DNA of 37,071 nt from Ginkgo biloba (lineage: Eukaryota; Plantae; Ginkgophyta). The translations under genes were made by a program, and so were the position numbers. Positions 34,629 through 37,071 of this stretch are shown here, one piece after another; within the stretch, counting starts at the first letter, position 1; every line of letters starts with the position of its first letter. The notes under the pieces are model-generated. The model did no database searches. It had not been told where the DNA came from and saw nothing but the letters and a program-made list of their open reading frames with translations. Location: positions 169,205,995 to 169,243,065 of the forward strand of contig JANKJI020000004.1 of assembly GCA_024626585.2 (NCBI GenBank), written 5' to 3'.

Positions 34629-37071
34629 GATAATGCAAGAACTCTCTCTATACTAAATTTTATCTTACCATAATGGCTATCTTATCATAGTGATTTTCCA
34701 TCATAGGTGATTCATTTGTAGAATAAGGACTCTTTCCAAACAATTTAAGCATTTCTCTCATTGCATTCATTGTAAACCTCAATCCTTGTAGCACTTATAT
34801 ATTCATATTAGCCATTTAACCATATATGGGACTTACTCCTATGCATTACCATTTGCATGGTGACCACTTACATACCACATAGCCTACCTTGTGGCATTCC
34901 ATAACTTTTTCATGATTAACCTCATATAGTCTCTAGCATCATATAAATATCATTTTTATACAAAGATAAAAGTGGATTGGGGTATCTACATTACATGTCA
35001 TATCATATAATGTTCCATCCCTTCTTCCCTCATAGGGGAGAAGTGGGGTGATCTTCCATTACTTGCAACATTATAGTGTTTTCATCNNNNNNNNNNNNNN
35101 NNNNNNNNNNNNNNNNNNNNNNNNNNNNNNNNNNNNNNNNNNNNNNNNNNNNNNNNNNNNNNNNNNNNNNNNNNNNNNNNNNNNNNNNNNNNNNNNNNNN
35201 NNNNNNNNNNNNNNNNNNNNNNNNNNNNNNNNNNNNNNNNNNNNNNNNNNNNNNNNNNNNNNNNNNNNNNNNNNNNNNNNNNNNNNNNNNNNNNNNNNNN
35301 NNNNNNNNNNTATATTAAAGACTCTTTATACATAAAAAACTCTATAATATCCTTTCAGATATTTTTGACATTTATCATTTACTAGGGAGTGGTATTGTTA
35401 GTCAACACCCCTTGCCTACAACAACCACCTATCTAGCTATGTCCTTAGTAAGGAAGTCCTACTTATAACCATGTCATATGTGTTTGTTGAACTTGTGTCA
35501 TGTGTTTTAGTGTGCTTCTAAGTAGGAATACCTCTAAGGCATGGGCTTATAGTCTCACATGCATTTGTAATTTAAGAGAAGGATAAAGTATAATGAAATA
35601 GTATGAGGAAAGATCAGAACAAACATGAAGGTTGCAAACAACTTTATTTTTCATTTTCCGTATAACCCATAAAAGTTTAATACAAATAATACACCAAATA
35701 AAGTAAAAACTAATGTTAAGACTATACAAATCACCCAAGAGATATACCATACACTCCAAATGCTAAAAATGTTGAATAGAAATAAATCCTTCGAAATAAG
35801 ACCACAATAGACGAAACTAGGACAAATATAAAAGAGATGCAACAATGTTTCTTCTCATCTAATATGAATTCCAATATTCTTCAACCTTACTACAACTAAC
35901 AAGCTAATGTGAAGTAATAGCCACCAAAAGAGTTTTTTTCTTTGCTATCATACAAGCATACCATATCAAATGGTAGTGGTTAAGCCATCCTTGCAAAGGG
36001 TCGGAATGTCTCCATATGTGATTGCATATCTCGGCTAGATCTATATAGGGCTTAAGATAAAATAATAAAGCACTTATTGGAAAGCTAATATGAATCTAGC
36101 CACCATAGGATATTGGATATCAAACCTATGTTTCCTCTGATATCTTGTAGAATTGCAAAAAATCTTTTGTCAAAGAGATGAGCATAAGCATTGAGAGTTC
36201 CCCAATGATTTTTAAAGTCTGTCCATCTCCACCAATCGCCTGATCTATAATCTGACAAGTCTCTTACTATTATAATCGCTAACCAAAATCATTATCTTAC
36301 TTGAATTAGAAAGGTGACCCCAAATAGGAGATTGTTAAACTTTATCATTTTACTCCACCTTACAAATGATCTAGATGGTGAAAGACCTTTACTGTGATCC
36401 TATCCCTGCCATGTCAAGAAACATCTTCCTTTCTCCCATACTCGCTAATTAGCCTTAAATATAATTGGCCATGTTGACATGCGAGATGGTACCTATATTG
36501 AACATTGGATAAAGGTCAGGACTACAACATAAAGAAAGACACTAGCATGCCGCAACAACAAGGAGTTGATGCTCTCCGGCTTATAGGGGCAATTCTCTTA
36601 TTTTAAAAGAATGAAAGAATGGTAAAAATTGGACTACGGTTATTTACAACGAATGTACAGAGTAGAGAAAAATGGTTTATTACTTGTGTCTTAAGATACA
36701 AATAAAAAAGTAATAAGGAATTTCAAATAATAAGGGGAAAATAAATCTGCTACTGGAATTAGTATGGTGGCATAACTAGGCCCCTCACTTTAGTAGTAAG
36801 AACTAATACATAAAATATCACAGAAANNNNNNNNNNNNNNNNNNNNNNNNNNNNNNNNNNNNTTTCACAATGGTTTAGACAACATCACCAAATGACTCAT
36901 GTGAAATAATGTGTTGGGAATTGCTTGCTCATAATATTCAACGGCATTACAAGATGAATATGAAAGAAAAGCATTATCTCATTTCATAAAAATAGATATT
37001 ACAAGGCTTATATTACAACATTCCCAAGAATATAAGATTAAAATCTGCTTTTTAAACTCAACGATACAAAA

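Larger units (their letters stand above)
32368..35407. repeat. Diverged direct repeat of about 90 bp, spaced about 2.95 kb (32368-32458 and 35318-35407)
   Basis: gactcttt.t.cataaa...taatatcctt..agat.ttttt...atttatcatttactaggg.gtgg...tcaaca occurs in both places. Confidence 0.8.

Noticed and set aside
35950-36560. Possible decayed transposon coding sequence (YPMVARFIL on the minus strand)
   Set aside because: One weak motif and no consistent frame.

Overview
AT-rich eukaryotic nuclear DNA with many N gaps, almost certainly from a land plant with a large genome. The basis is plant-type Ty3/gypsy, Ty1/copia and L1 relics, tRNA-iMet primer-binding sites, probable PLS-type PPR relics, and GT-AG introns. 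None of the supplied ORFs is an intact gene: they are N-spanning artefacts, transposon fragments or chance ORFs. The main hidden feature is a probable multi-exon host gene on the minus strand. Its short exons (12-84 nt) lie at about 29.0, 28.7, 13.6, 13.2, 12.7, 8.5, 6.7, 6.55 and 3.0 kb and are separated by transposon-filled introns of up to about 15 kb. I cannot identify the protein, and not all exon phases join up. An LTR element appears to have inserted exactly at the splice acceptor of the 8.5 kb exon. The rest is a nest of decayed retroelements and several tandem or dispersed repeats. I see no prokaryotic system, CRISPR array or RNA gene. All translations were done by eye and boundaries of degenerate relics are approximate.
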